From Microtetraspora sp. (GTDB lineage Bacteria > Actinomycetota > Actinomycetes > Streptosporangiales > Streptosporangiaceae): 64,000 nt of DNA. The first letter of the stretch is position 1. Every line of letters begins with the position of its first letter. A program made the position numbers and the translations under genes. Positions 1 through 9,567 of the stretch are shown here, in pieces. The notes below the pieces were generated by a model. That model made no database searches. It saw nothing but the letters and a program-made list of their open reading frames with translations, and was not told the DNA's origin. Location: positions 12,651-76,650 of the forward strand of contig JBIOWF010000229.1 of the NCBI GenBank assembly GCA_044868295.1. Direction: 5' to 3'.

Positions 1-110
1 CCCTTCGGGACGCTGACCTGGAAGCCGTCGATGGTGAGGGTCACCATGTCCACGGGCTGTACCGCGTCCACAGGCTCCGGCGGCCCCGCGGAAGTCGTCT
101 GTACCGTCAT
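1..110 (-). CDS. nuoG: NADH-quinone oxidoreductase subunit G, N-terminal fragment (runs off the window)
   Basis: The reverse strand from the ATG at 110-108 reads MTVQTTSAGPPEPVDAVQPVDMVTLTIDGFQVSVPKG, a typical NuoG start. The ATG overlaps the nuoF stop (ATGA). Position follows nuoF in nuoA-N order. Confidence 0.75.
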   Translation of the reverse strand, partial: MTVQTTSAGPPEPVDAVQPVDMVTLTIDGFQVSVPK

Positions 111-1396
111 TGATTACCCCACACCGTGGAAGCAGCGGGATCGAACGGGCAGCCGCCGATCTCGAAGTGCTTGAGATATTCGTCGCGGAAGTGCTTCACC
201 GACGAGTGGATCGGGCTCGTCGCGCCGTCGCCGAGCGCGCAGAACGACCGGCCCAGGATGTTGTCCGCGATGTCGGTGATCGTGGCCAGGTCCTCCTCGG
301 AGCCCTGGCCCTTCTCCAGCCGTTTGAGCACCTGCTTGAGCCAGTAGGTGCCCTCCCGGCAGGGGGTGCACTTGCCGCAGGACTCGTGGGCGTAGAACTC
401 GGTCCAGCGCAGTACGGCCCGCACCACGCAGGTCGTCTCGTCGAAGATCTGCAGGGCCCGGGTGCCGAGCATCGAGCCCTTCGCGCCGACCGACTCGAAG
501 TCGAGCGGGACGTCCAGGTGCTCGGCCGTGAAGATCGGCGTCGAGGACCCTCCCGGGGTCCAGAACTTGAGCTCGTGGCCCGCCCTGATCCCGCCCGCCA
601 TGTCGAGGAGCTCGCGCAGGGTGATGCCCAGCGGGGCCTCGTACTGGCCGGGCCGGGTCACGTGGCCGCTCAGCGAGAAGATGCCGAAGCCCTTGGACTT
701 CTCGGTGCCCATGCCGGCGAACCAGTCGGCGCCGTTGGCCACGATGCTCGGCACGCTCGCCACGGACTCGACGTTGTTGATGACCGTCGGGCACGCGTAC
801 AGGCCGGCGACCGCGGGGAACGGCGGCTTGAGCCGCGGCTGGCCGCGGTGGCCCTCCAGCGAGTCCAGCAGCGCCGTCTCCTCGCCGCAGATGTACGCCC
901 CGGCGCCGCTGTGCACGACCAGTTCGAGGTCGTAGCCGGAACCGAGGACGTCGGCGCCGAGATAGCCCTTCTCGTAGGCCTCCCGGACCGCGGCCTGCAG
1001 TCGGCGGATGACGTGGAGGACCTCGCCACGGACGTAGATGAACGCGTGGTTGGCACGGATGGCGTAGGCGGTGATGATGACGCCCTCGACCAGCGCGTGC
1101 GGGTTGGCCATCATCAGGGGGATGTCCTTGCAGGTTCCCGGCTCGGACTCGTCCGCGTTTACTACGAGGTAGTGCGCTTTGCCATCATTTTGCGGGATAA
1201 ATCCCCACTTCATGCCGGTGGGGAAGCCCGCGCCACCACGACCGCGCAGACCGGAGTCCTTCACCATCTGGATGATGGCGTCCGGGTCCATGCCCAGGGC
1301 CGTCCTGGCGGCCGAGTAGTCGCCGTACCCCTCAAGCGTGAACGAGTTCGGCAGATCCCAGTTCTTCGTCAGAACCGGCGTCAGTTGTGTCGTCAC
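107..1396 (-). CDS. nuoF: NADH-quinone oxidoreductase subunit F
   Basis: 429 aa ORF with NuoF hallmarks (GLRGRGGAGFPTG, ESCGKCTPCREG). GTG start overlaps the nuoE stop. Confidence 0.95.
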   Translation of the reverse strand: MTTQLTPVLTKNWDLPNSFTLEGYGDYSAARTALGMDPDAIIQMVKDSGLRGRGGAGFPTGMKWGFIPQNDGKAHYLVVNADESEPGTCKDIPLMMANPHALVEGVIITAYAIRANHAFIYVRGEVLHVIRRLQAAVREAYEKGYLGADVLGSGYDLELVVHSGAGAYICGEETALLDSLEGHRGQPRLKPPFPAVAGLYACPTVINNVESVASVPSIVANGADWFAGMGTEKSKGFGIFSLSGHVTRPGQYEAPLGITLRELLDMAGGIRAGHELKFWTPGGSSTPIFTAEHLDVPLDFESVGAKGSMLGTRALQIFDETTCVVRAVLRWTEFYAHESCGKCTPCREGTYWLKQVLKRLEKGQGSEEDLATITDIADNILGRSFCALGDGATSPIHSSVKHFRDEYLKHFEIGGCPFDPAASTVWGNQ

Positions 1397-2045
1397 CGGG
1401 GTGCCTCCCAGCCGTTGGCCTTGGCGACCTTCAGACCCTCCAGCGAGGGGCCGGCGGCCGAGGGGCCGTCACCGGCCAGGCCGTCCGGGAGCCCGGCGAG
1501 GACCCGCGACGCTTCCTTGAACGTGCACAGCTTCTTCGGCCCGCGGGTCGGCGAGATCTCCTTGCCGTCGCGCAGGTCGTCGACGAGCTGTTTGGCCGAG
1601 GTGGGGGTCTGGTTGTCGAAGAACTCCCAGTTGACATCATCACCGGAGCGAAGTCGCAGGCGGCGTTGCACTCCAGCCGCTCCAGCGAGATCTTCCCGTC
1701 GGCGGTCGCCTCCTCGTGGCCGACGCCGACGTGCTCGGAGAGCTCATCCCAGATCTGGTCGCCGCCCATGATCGCGCACAGGCTGTTGATGCAGACGCCG
1801 ACGTGGTAGTCGCCGGCCGGCCTGCGCTTGTACATCGTGTAGAAGGTCGAGACGCCGACGACCTCCGCCTTGCTCAGGCCGAGCATCTCCGCGCAGAACT
1901 CGTGCCCGTCGTCGGAGACGTAGCCGTCCTCCGACTGCACCAGGTGCAGCAGCGGAAGCAGCGCCGAGCGCGCCTTCGGGTAACGGCCGATGATCTCCTT
2001 GGCGTCCGTTTCGAGACGCTCGCGGACCTCAGGTGAGTACGTCAC
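1393..2045 (-). pseudogene. nuoE: NADH-quinone oxidoreductase subunit E with an apparent 1-nt deletion frameshift
   Basis: The N-terminal part (MTYSPEVRERL...LECNAACDFAPVMM) is in the frame of ORF 1431-2045. The C-terminal part (VNWEFFDNQTPTSAKQLVDDLRDGK...) continues in the frame of ORF 1393-1671. The coding strand reads GTGATGATGTCAACTGGGAG near 1636; one extra G (ATGGTCAAC) restores VMMVNWEFF. Confidence 0.85.
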
Positions 2046-2125
2046 TGCGCCCTCCTCGCCTTCGGCTCGTCGGCGCGTGCCGTGAACGTGCTGTGCTTAT
2101 CGGCTCGCTCGCTTCGCTCACTCAC
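2042..2125 (-). repeat. MIRU-like intercistronic element with a 27-aa mini-ORF ([27 protein letters not shown]) linking nuoD to nuoE
   Basis: The GTG at 2125-2123 overlaps the nuoD TGA (GTGA). The TGA at 2044-2042 overlaps the nuoE GTG (GTGA). About three quarters nucleotide identity by eye to the hemA|hemC copies over the first ~46 nt. The 3-prime end carries GGCGAGGAGG as a Shine-Dalgarno sequence for nuoE. Confidence 0.8.
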
Positions 2126-3438
2126 CTGTCCACACCCCCCATGACCGGGTCGATCGAGGCGACCGCCGCGATGACGTCGGCGATCATGCCGCCCTCGCAC
2201 GTCGCGGGCACCGCCTGCAGGTTCGTGAAGGACGGGTCGCGGAAGTGTACGCGGTAGGGCCGCGTGCCGCCGTCGCTGACCACGTGCGCGCCGAGCTCGC
2301 CGCGCGGCGACTCCACCGCGGAGTACGCCTGGCCGGCCGGCACCCGGAAGCCCTCGGTCACCAGCTTGAAGTGGTGGATCAGCGCTTCCATCGAGCTGCT
2401 CATGATGTGCGCGATGTGGTCGGGCGAGTTGCCGAGGCCGTCGGGGCCGAGCGCCAGCTGCGAGGGCCAGCCGATCTTCTTGTCCTCGATCATCACCGGC
2501 CCGCCCTTGAGCGGCCCGGACAGCCGGTCGAGGGCCTGCTCGACGATCTTGAGCGACTCCTCCATCTCGGCCATGCGGACGAGGTAGCGGCCGTACACGT
2601 CACAGGTGTTCTCGGTCGGGACGTCGAACTCGTACGTCTCGTAGCCCGAGTACGGCTGGGACTTGCGCAGGTCCCACGGCAGGCCCGCGGCCCGCAGCAT
2701 GGGCCCGGTGATCCCGAGCGCCATGCAACCGGTCAGGTCCAGGTAGGCGACGTCCTTGGTCCTGCGGGTGTAGACCGGGTTGGCGTCGAGGAGCTTGCGC
2801 ATATCCTTGATCCGCGCCGGCATCACCTTGAGGAACTCGCCGATCTTGTCCACCGCGCCCGCGGGGAGGTCGACGCTCACACCGCCCGGCCGCACATAGG
2901 CCATGTTCATCCGGAGGCCGGTGATGTACTCGAACAGGTCGAGCACCATCTCCCGCTCGCGGAAGCCGAACAGCATCGGCGTGGTCGCACCCAGCTCGAT
3001 GCCGAACGTCGCGATGGCGACGAGGTGCGAGGAGATCCGGTTGAGCTCCATCATCATGACCCGGATGGCCTGCGCCCGGTCCGGGACCCTGTCGGTGATG
3101 CCGAGCAGCTTCTCCACGGCCATGCAGTACGCCGTCTCGTTGAAGATCGGCGACAGGTAGTCCATGCGGGTGACGAACGTGACCCCCTGGGTCCACGTCC
3201 GGAACTCCATGTTCTTCTCGATGCCGGTGTGCAGGTAACCGATCACCGTGCGGGCCTCGGTCACCGTCTCGCCGTCGAGCGTCAGCACCAGCCGCAGCAC
3301 GCCGTGCGTCGAAGGGTGCTGCGGGCCCATGTTGATGACCAGGCGCTCCTCGGACGAGTCCGAGACGGTCTCGACCAGCTCGTCCCAGTCCTGCCCGGCG
3401 ACGTCGTAGACCCGGCCTTCGGTCTCCGTGGCGGTCAT
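2122..3438 (-). CDS. nuoD: NADH-quinone oxidoreductase subunit D
   Basis: 438 aa ORF with a typical NuoD sequence ([15 protein letters not shown]...DPVMGGVDR). Confidence 0.95.
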   Translation of the reverse strand: MTATETEGRVYDVAGQDWDELVETVSDSSEERLVINMGPQHPSTHGVLRLVLTLDGETVTEARTVIGYLHTGIEKNMEFRTWTQGVTFVTRMDYLSPIFNETAYCMAVEKLLGITDRVPDRAQAIRVMMMELNRISSHLVAIATFGIELGATTPMLFGFREREMVLDLFEYITGLRMNMAYVRPGGVSVDLPAGAVDKIGEFLKVMPARIKDMRKLLDANPVYTRRTKDVAYLDLTGCMALGITGPMLRAAGLPWDLRKSQPYSGYETYEFDVPTENTCDVYGRYLVRMAEMEESLKIVEQALDRLSGPLKGGPVMIEDKKIGWPSQLALGPDGLGNSPDHIAHIMSSSMEALIHHFKLVTEGFRVPAGQAYSAVESPRGELGAHVVSDGGTRPYRVHFRDPSFTNLQAVPATCEGGMIADVIAAVASIDPVMGGVDR

Positions 3439-3503
3439 GCGTTCACCTCGCCGCTGTGCCTGTGGATTCGCTCGCTGCTGTGCCTGTGGATTCGCTCGCT
3501 CAC
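3435..3503 (-). repeat. MIRU-like intercistronic element with a 22-aa mini-ORF ([22 protein letters not shown]) linking nuoC to nuoD; contains a perfect 24-bp tandem duplication
   Basis: The GTG at 3503-3501 overlaps the nuoC TGA. The TGA at 3437-3435 overlaps the nuoD ATG. Plus-strand units 3453-3476 and 3477-3500 are identical (gctgtgcctgtggattcgctcgct) and encode SERIHRHS twice in frame. Confidence 0.8.
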
Positions 3504-4165
3504 GAGTACGACCTCCTCTGGTCCGGCGCGGGGATCTCGCCGCCGCGATACTCGACGGGGATTCCGCCCAGCGGATAGTCCTTGCGCTGGGGGTGCCCCT
3601 CCCAGTCGTCGGGCATCTGGATGCGGGTCAGTGCGGGGTGACCGTCGAAGACGATCCCGAAGAAGTCGTAGGTCTCCCGCTCGTGCCAGTCATGGGTCGG
3701 GTAGACCGAAACCGTCGAGGGGATGTGCCGGTCCGAGTCGGGGCAGCCGACCTCGACCCTGACCCGCCGGTTGTGCGTGATCGAGCAGAGGTGGTAGACG
3801 GCGCGCAGCTCGCTGCCCGTCTCCTCCGGATAGTGCACGCCGGAGAGGCCGAGCGAGAGCTCGAACCGCAGCGCGGCGTCGTCACGCAGGTGCCGCAGCA
3901 CCTCTACGAGGTGCTCGCGCGCGACGTGGAAGGTGACCTCACCGCGATCGACCACCACGCGCTCGACAGCGTCGCCCGCGACCGCCTCCAGCGCGTCCGC
4001 CACCTCGTCGAAATAGGACCCGTACGGCCTGGCGCTGGAGAGCGTGGGCGCACGCCGCACGACCAGCTGGCCGTAACCGGACGTGTCACCACTGCCGGTG
4101 ACCCCGAACATGCCCGTCCGAGCGATCGGCTCCTCCGGCACCCCGGGGAGATTGTCGGTGCTCAC
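3500..4165 (-). CDS. nuoC: NADH-quinone oxidoreductase subunit C
   Basis: 221 aa ORF, NuoC-like (HYPEE...[21 protein letters not shown]). GTG start overlaps the nuoB stop. Confidence 0.93.
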   Translation of the reverse strand: MSTDNLPGVPEEPIARTGMFGVTGSGDTSGYGQLVVRRAPTLSSARPYGSYFDEVADALEAVAGDAVERVVVDRGEVTFHVAREHLVEVLRHLRDDAALRFELSLGLSGVHYPEETGSELRAVYHLCSITHNRRVRVEVGCPDSDRHIPSTVSVYPTHDWHERETYDFFGIVFDGHPALTRIQMPDDWEGHPQRKDYPLGGIPVEYRGGEIPAPDQRRSYS

Positions 4166-4710
4166 CGCGCCCCCTGGTCGATCAGCGGCAGCGTGCGCAG
4201 CGCCTGGAGCTCAAGCTCGTCGATCTGCTTGGCACGATGCGCGCCGAACTTCATATTCTGGATCTTGTCGTGCAGCTTCACGATCGCGTCGATCAGCATC
4301 TCCGGGCGTGGCGGGCAGCCCGGCAGGTAGATGTCCACGGGCACGACGTGGTCCACCCCCTGCACGATGGCGTAGTTGTTGAACATCCCGCCACTGGACG
4401 CGCAGACGCCCATCGCGATGACCCACTTCGGCTCGGCCATCTGGTCATAGATCTGGCGGAGCACCGGCGCCATCTTCTGCGACAGCCGGCCGGCCACGAT
4501 CATCAGGTCGGCCTGCCGCGGTGACGCCGACGCCCGTTCCATGCCGAAGCGGGCCAGGTCGTGCTTGGGCCCGCCGGTCGCCATCAGCTCGATGGCGCAG
4601 CAGGCCAGGCCGAACGTCGCCGGCCATACGGAGTTCTTCCGTGCCCAGCCTGCCACCTGTTCGACAGTGGTCAGGACGAACCCGCTGGGGAGTTTCTCTT
4701 CAAGACCCAT
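4162..4710 (-). CDS. nuoB: NADH-quinone oxidoreductase subunit B
   Basis: Has [16 protein letters not shown] and LPGCPPRPE motifs. ATG at 4710 is preferred over the TTG at 4722, which overlaps nuoA. Confidence 0.93.
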   Translation of the reverse strand: MGLEEKLPSGFVLTTVEQVAGWARKNSVWPATFGLACCAIELMATGGPKHDLARFGMERASASPRQADLMIVAGRLSQKMAPVLRQIYDQMAEPKWVIAMGVCASSGGMFNNYAIVQGVDHVVPVDIYLPGCPPRPEMLIDAIVKLHDKIQNMKFGAHRAKQIDELELQALRTLPLIDQGAR

Positions 4711-4712
4711 GG

Positions 4713-5072
4713 CTAATCCCAATCAAGGCCGCGACGGCGCCACACGTAGGCGTACGCCACGAGGACGGTGACGATGAACAGCACCATCTCGACCAGCCCG
4801 AACACGCCGAGCTTGTCGAAGGCCACCGCCCACGGATAGAGAAAGATGATTTCGATGTCAAACACGATGAACAGCATCGCGGTGATCATGTACTTCAGCG
4901 GGAAGCGCCCACCGCCGACCGGCTGCGGCGTCGGCTCGATGCCGCACTCGTAGGCGTCCAGCTTGGCGCGGTTCCAGCGCTTCGGCCCGGTGAAGGGGGC
5001 GATGCCGGCGGAGAACACGGCGAACCCCGCCGCTAGGACCGCGAGCACCAGGATGGGTACATACAGCTCCAT
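4713..5072 (-). CDS. nuoA: NADH-quinone oxidoreductase subunit A
   Basis: 119 aa membrane protein ([23 protein letters not shown]). First gene of the nuo block. Confidence 0.9.
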   Translation of the reverse strand: MELYVPILVLAVLAAGFAVFSAGIAPFTGPKRWNRAKLDAYECGIEPTPQPVGGGRFPLKYMITAMLFIVFDIEIIFLYPWAVAFDKLGVFGLVEMVLFIVTVLVAYAYVWRRRGLDWD

Positions 5073-5176
5073 GGCTACATGTCCTCGCTTGGTCGGTGGA
5101 AAAGGGCGATCGCCGGCACGAGACCGCCAGAGAAGGCAGCCATCTCAGAAGTCGGCATGAGGCGCCGGCCGTCCGT

Positions 5177-5199
5177 CCGGGGCTGTGGGACAGCCCCGG
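5177..5199. other. Perfect 10-bp stem-loop between the MenJ-like gene and nuoA
   Basis: ccggggctgt-ggg-acagccccgg. No U-tract follows on the minus strand, so function (attenuator or processing site) is unknown. Confidence 0.4.
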
Positions 5200-5232
5200 C
5201 ACGCGGGTGGGCGCGGTTACGGAGATTTTCAG

Positions 5233-6540
5233 TCATGCGGGCGGTGCCACCTTGGACAGGGCGTTGATGATCCGGTCTGCTGCGTCGCCCCGCCGATCCG
5301 TCAGATTAGCGAGAAGCTTCAGGGCGAATCTCATCAGGGTCGGGTGCGGCAGGCCATGCCTGGTGGCGAAATTCATCACTCCGGGCTTGCCGATGGCCTC
5401 GACGAAGAGGCGCCCGAGAGTGAAGTAACCGCCGTAGGCGTCCTTGAGGATACGCGGATAGGCACGTAGCACGCGCTCCCGCTGGGCGGCGGTGGATCGC
5501 GCCAGCGCCTGCACGATGACCTCGGCCGCGATCCGGCCCGTCTCCATGGCGTACGCGATGCCCTCGCCGTTGAACGGGTTGATCATGCCGCCCGCGTCGC
5601 CCACGAGCACCAGGCCCCGGGTGTAGTGCGGCTGCCGGTTGAAGGCCATCGGCAGCGCCGCGCCGCGGACCGGCCCGGTCATGTTCTCGTCGGTGTACCC
5701 CCACTCGGCGGGCATGTTCTTCACCCAGCGCCGGAGCAGGTCCCGGTAGTCGATGTTCTTGAACGCCTCGCTGGTGTTGAGCAGCCCGAGGCCCACGTTG
5801 GACGTGCCGTCACCCACACCGAAGATCCAGCCGTAGCCCGGGAGCAGGCGGTCGCCGTCCCAGAGCTCCAGCCACGATTCGAGGTAGTCGTCGTCGTGGC
5901 GCGGGCTCGTGAAATAGGTCCGTACGGCGACGCCCATCGGGCGGTCGGCCCGCTTGTGCAAGCCCATCGCGAGGGACAGCCGGGTGGAGTTGCCGTCGGC
6001 GGCGACGACCAGCCGGGAGCGATAGGTCACCTCGCCGCCGTCACCCCTGGCCGTCACGCCCACGACGTGACCGCCGCGCTCGTCGAGGACGGGCCCGGTG
6101 ACGTTGACGCCCTGCAGGAGCGTGACTCCCCCGCGGGTCGCGTTCTGCGCGAGGATCTGGTCGAAGTCCATCCGGGTGCGGACCAGGCCGAAGTCCGGAT
6201 AACTGTGCAGCTCGGGCCAGTCCAGCTGCAGCCGCATGCCGCCGCCGACGACCCGCAGGCCCTTGTTCCTGATCCAGCCCGGGGCGTCGATGTCGACACC
6301 CATCGCGATGAGCTCCTTGACCGCGCGGGGCGTCAGCCCGTCGCCGCACACCTTCTCGCGCGGGAACCGGGTCTTCTCCAGGAGCAGCACATTCAGCCCG
6401 GCCTGCGCGAGGTAAAAAGCCGTGGTGGAGCCCGCGGGGCCGGCGCCGACAACGATGACGTCGGCGTCCCGCCCGCTCTCAGTGGTAGTCATGAGAGCGG
6501 GAGTGGCTGCGCTCCGCACTGCGGGGGCTGGCTCGCTCAC
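5233..6540 (-). CDS. FAD-dependent geranylgeranyl reductase family protein (MenJ-like menaquinone reductase)
   Basis: 435 aa with a DADVIVVGAGPAGS dinucleotide fold and a geranylgeranyl reductase-like body. Sits beside menG as in Mycobacterium (Rv0561c/Rv0558). The true start may be the internal ATG at 6492. Confidence 0.85.
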   Translation of the reverse strand: MSEPAPAVRSAATPALMTTTESGRDADVIVVGAGPAGSTTAFYLAQAGLNVLLLEKTRFPREKVCGDGLTPRAVKELIAMGVDIDAPGWIRNKGLRVVGGGMRLQLDWPELHSYPDFGLVRTRMDFDQILAQNATRGGVTLLQGVNVTGPVLDERGGHVVGVTARGDGGEVTYRSRLVVAADGNSTRLSLAMGLHKRADRPMGVAVRTYFTSPRHDDDYLESWLELWDGDRLLPGYGWIFGVGDGTSNVGLGLLNTSEAFKNIDYRDLLRRWVKNMPAEWGYTDENMTGPVRGAALPMAFNRQPHYTRGLVLVGDAGGMINPFNGEGIAYAMETGRIAAEVIVQALARSTAAQRERVLRAYPRILKDAYGGYFTLGRLFVEAIGKPGVMNFATRHGLPHPTLMRFALKLLANLTDRRGDAADRIINALSKVAPPA

Positions 6541-6597
6541 GGGGGACCTGTCCTGTCCTAGGGCGAAGGCCTCGGGGGGTATGGGACCTTCGTGCCT

Positions 6598-6615
6598 TTG
6601 TGAACCACTTCACAA
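6598..6615. promoter_or_regulatory. Rex operator (ROP), perfect palindrome TTGTGAA-CCAC-TTCACAA
   Basis: Exact match to the Streptomyces ROP consensus TTGTGAA-N4-TTCACAA. Lies 58 nt upstream of the MenJ-like ORF start. rex is encoded in this window. Confidence 0.65.
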
Positions 6616-7047
6616 ACTTGTCGCGCCGCAGTCTAACCCTTCCTGCGTGCCGAATGTCAGAGGGGTGACCCCTACTCGCCGGTAACATTGCTCTGTGTCG
6701 ACCCAGGACATGCGAACACCCCGCCCAAGGGGAGGAACTCCCCGGAAGGACCCCGTCCGCGTGACGGTGAAACACCGCACAAATGTGTGGATCACCGGCG
6801 TGAAGGTATAGTCGCGCATCGTCGAAGACGCAGTACGTCAAACCAGGCAACGGCCAGGCTTCGTTTACGTCATGTGTTCATCAACGTGCGGACGCGACAA
6901 TGAGGATCTGTCGAATTGACCAGGGGCACGCGAGGGAAAGGCGCCCTTGCGGAATTCAGGTAGACGAAGTCATCGTGCGGCTTTCCCGGATCTCCGCCTC
7001 GCAAAACCGAACTTGACAAAGTCGCCGCTCTTGGCCGATTTCCCGGG

Positions 7048-7776
7048 TCAGCTGTGCGGTTTGACGGCCCGGTGGAGCGCGACGATGCCCATGGAGAGGT
7101 TGCGCCAGGCGACCCTGCCCCAGCCGGCGTCCTGGATGACGCGCGACAGGGCAGCCTGGTCGGGCCAGGCCCGGATCGACTCCGCGAGGTACTCGTAGGA
7201 CTCCGGGTTCGAGCTGACCGCGCGGGCGACCTGCGGCAGCAGCTTCATCAGATACTGCGTGTAGACGAGGTCGAACGACTTGATCGGTGGCCGTGAGAAC
7301 TCGCAGATGACCAGCCGGCCACCCGGCTTGGCGACCCGGCGCAGCTCCTGCAGGGCCTGACCTGTGTCGACGATGTTGCGCAGCCCGAAGGAGATCGTCA
7401 CCGCGTCGAACACCTCGTCGGCGAAGGGCAGGCGCAGCGCGTCGCCCGCGACGAAGCTGACCCCCCGCACACCCCCGCCGTACAGCCCGGAACCGCCTCG
7501 CTTCGCCACGCCGGTGCGCAGCATGCCGAGCGAGAAGTCGCACGCGATCGCGCGCGCGCCGAGCATGGTGAACGCGTCGGTCGAGGTGCCGGTGCCGGCG
7601 GCCAGGTCGAGCACGAGCTCACCCGGCCCGGCGTCTATGGCGGCGGCCGTGGCCTTACGCCAGAGCCGGTCCTGCCCGAGCGAGAGGACGTCGTTGACGA
7701 GGTCGTAGCGCCGGGCCGTGCGATCGAACATCGCGGCGACCTCGTGCGGCTGCTTGTCCAGCGATGCGCGCGTCAT
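7048..7776 (-). CDS. menG: Demethylmenaquinone methyltransferase (UbiE/MenG family)
   Basis: SAM methyltransferase motifs ([16 protein letters not shown]). The N-terminus [18 protein letters not shown] is typical of this family. The ORF extends to 7848 but the ATG at 7776 fits homologs. Confidence 0.88.
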   Translation of the reverse strand: MTRASLDKQPHEVAAMFDRTARRYDLVNDVLSLGQDRLWRKATAAAIDAGPGELVLDLAAGTGTSTDAFTMLGARAIACDFSLGMLRTGVAKRGGSGLYGGGVRGVSFVAGDALRLPFADEVFDAVTISFGLRNIVDTGQALQELRRVAKPGGRLVICEFSRPPIKSFDLVYTQYLMKLLPQVARAVSSNPESYEYLAESIRAWPDQAALSRVIQDAGWGRVAWRNLSMGIVALHRAVKPHS

Positions 7777-7889
7777 GAGGGACAAGCCTAGGCGGCGTGG
7801 CCGCGCGCGCCTCATCGAGCACCCCTGTGCCATACGAGATATGCGCAACGTAGCGTGAAGATTACGCAGAGTCTGCTAAGACTTTAGGA

Positions 7890-9125
7890 ATGCTTGTCAG
7901 AACTATGGTGCTCACGGCGGCAACTCTTGCCGTCCTGCCTTTCAGCATGGCCTCGGCCGGGATCAGGCAACCCAGCGTCGTGTCGGACGATCCCGTCGAC
8001 ACGACTCCGCACGTGCTCGACGGCATCGTCAACGCCTTAGCGCTCGTGGGCGACACGGTGATCGTGGGCGGCGACTTCGGCACCGTGCGCGACGCCGGGA
8101 GCCGGACCCAGCTGTCACGTGCCAATATCTTCGCCTTCGACCTGCGCACCGGCAAGATCGACCGCGAATTCGCCCCGGACCTCGACGGCCCCGTCAGCGC
8201 GCTGGCGCCGGGCCGGAGCGGCACCGTCTACGTCGGCGGATCCTTCAACGGCCCCGGCCGGGGGCTTGCCCGGCTGAGCGTCGCCGACGGGTCACCCGTG
8301 GACTCGTTCTCCGCCCCCGTCTACGGCGGTGACGTGTCCAGCCTGGTGCGACAGGACAACCGGTTATACGTCGGGGGCGACTTCATCGGGATCGGCCGCA
8401 CCGCCCGTACGGCTCTCGCCCGGGTCGACGCGACGACGGGCGCCGTGGATCCGGACTTCCGGGTCACGCCGGGGGGCGGCCGAGGCGGTGACACCAAGGT
8501 GTACGCGATGGCCGCCACGCGGGACCGGCTCGCCATCGACGGTTCGTTCACGACGCTCGACGGCCTCCCCCGGCCTCAGCTCGGCCTGATCGACCTCACC
8601 ACCTCCAGGGTGGCCGACTGGCGCACGGACGTGTACGCACCGGAGTGCATGCCGGTGTTCCCGTCATATGTGCGAGGGCTCGACTTCGCGCCGGACGGGA
8701 AGTACTTCGTGGTGGTCACGACCGGTGGCCCGGCGCCGCACACCAGGAAGCTGTGTGATTCCGCCGCCCGTTTCGAGACTTACTCCCGTGGTGACCGGAT
8801 CCACCCGACCTGGGTGAACCGCACCGGCGGCGACTCCCTCTACGCGGTCACCGTGACGGGGTCGGCGGTCTACGTGGGAGGGCACCAGCGCTGGCTGAAC
8901 AACCCCCTGGGCTCCGACTTCGCCGGGCGTGGAGCGGTCCCGCGGCCGGGCATCGGGGCGATCGATCCCGTCACCGGTAAGGCCCAAAGCTGGAACCCCA
9001 CGAGGGAAAGAGGAATCGGAGTAAAGGCGTTCCTCGCGGTAAAGGAGGGGATCTTGGTGGGAAGCGACACCACCCGGCTCGGCCATGAGTACCATGCCCG
9101 GGTCGGTATGTTCCCGACGTCCTAG
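7890..9125 (+). CDS. Secreted hypothetical protein with repeated beta-propeller-like GGxF/VYVGG segments
   Basis: 411 aa with an N-terminal signal peptide (LPFSMASA) and recurring VxVGGxF / YVGG motifs. Confidence 0.6.
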   Translation: MLVRTMVLTAATLAVLPFSMASAGIRQPSVVSDDPVDTTPHVLDGIVNALALVGDTVIVGGDFGTVRDAGSRTQLSRANIFAFDLRTGKIDREFAPDLDGPVSALAPGRSGTVYVGGSFNGPGRGLARLSVADGSPVDSFSAPVYGGDVSSLVRQDNRLYVGGDFIGIGRTARTALARVDATTGAVDPDFRVTPGGGRGGDTKVYAMAATRDRLAIDGSFTTLDGLPRPQLGLIDLTTSRVADWRTDVYAPECMPVFPSYVRGLDFAPDGKYFVVVTTGGPAPHTRKLCDSAARFETYSRGDRIHPTWVNRTGGDSLYAVTVTGSAVYVGGHQRWLNNPLGSDFAGRGAVPRPGIGAIDPVTGKAQSWNPTRERGIGVKAFLAVKEGILVGSDTTRLGHEYHARVGMFPTS

Positions 9126-9328
9126 ACTTCCTTGGCTCGCCGATTCTTGGTCATCCGCTCGCTGACCGCGTCGCGCTGCTTCGACAGCAGCACGTAGCTG
9201 GCGAGCCCACTGATCACGAATGCCCCGGCGAGCAGCAGATACGTGCGCGCGCCGAGGAGATAGAGGACGGCGAGCGCGACGGCGAACAAGCCAAGTCGCA
9301 AGACTGTGTAAACGAGTAACGGACGCAC
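9122..9328 (-). CDS. DUF4229-like small two-helix membrane protein
   Basis: 68 aa with two hydrophobic helices and a basic tail. Conserved neighbourhood near menaquinone genes in actinobacteria. Confidence 0.65.
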   Translation of the reverse strand: MRPLLVYTVLRLGLFAVALAVLYLLGARTYLLLAGAFVISGLASYVLLSKQRDAVSERMTKNRRAKEV

Positions 9329-9567
9329 AGCGTCGAGGTTACGTGACTATCCCCCTGATGACGTCTCTTCGCATCGGGCGCGGGCGCTGCTAGTGTTCCC
9401 AAGAGGGCGCTTTTGTAAAGAAACACCCATGAGCACCCCAAAGAGGCTCTATCATATAACAATCGGGCACTGAGCTGATAACAACCCGTGATCTTCTACG
9501 AAAACCGCGGATAAATCAGGCTTCGCTCGGCACACTGGTTACCTGTCCGCCCGCTGCAGGACGCGGG

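Noticed and set aside
110-1771. Very long ORFs antisense to known genes. Examples: 110-1771 (+), 11645-13861 (+), 40118-42373 (+), 59576-61630 (-), 46821-47831 (-), 21796-22749 (-).
   Set aside because: These are typical shadow ORFs of GC-rich DNA. Their translations are Arg/Ala/Gly/Pro-rich with no recognisable domains, and the opposite strand encodes well-conserved proteins (NuoF, ResB, the ABC adaptor, the Mo-oxidoreductase, DnaK).
3453-3500. Direct repeats here and at 26673-26863, considered as a possible CRISPR array.
   Set aside because: There are only two units with no spacers between them and no cas genes. The repeats are in frame with mini-ORFs coupling flanking genes.
5075-5237. 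A 54-codon ORF starting on the MenJ-like stop (ATGA) and ending 2 nt before nuoA, considered as another linker element.
   Set aside because: It has no sequence similarity to the MSER family. It contains a 10-bp hairpin, has poor codon usage, and its stop does not overlap the nuoA start. It is more likely untranslated spacer with a promoter or attenuator.
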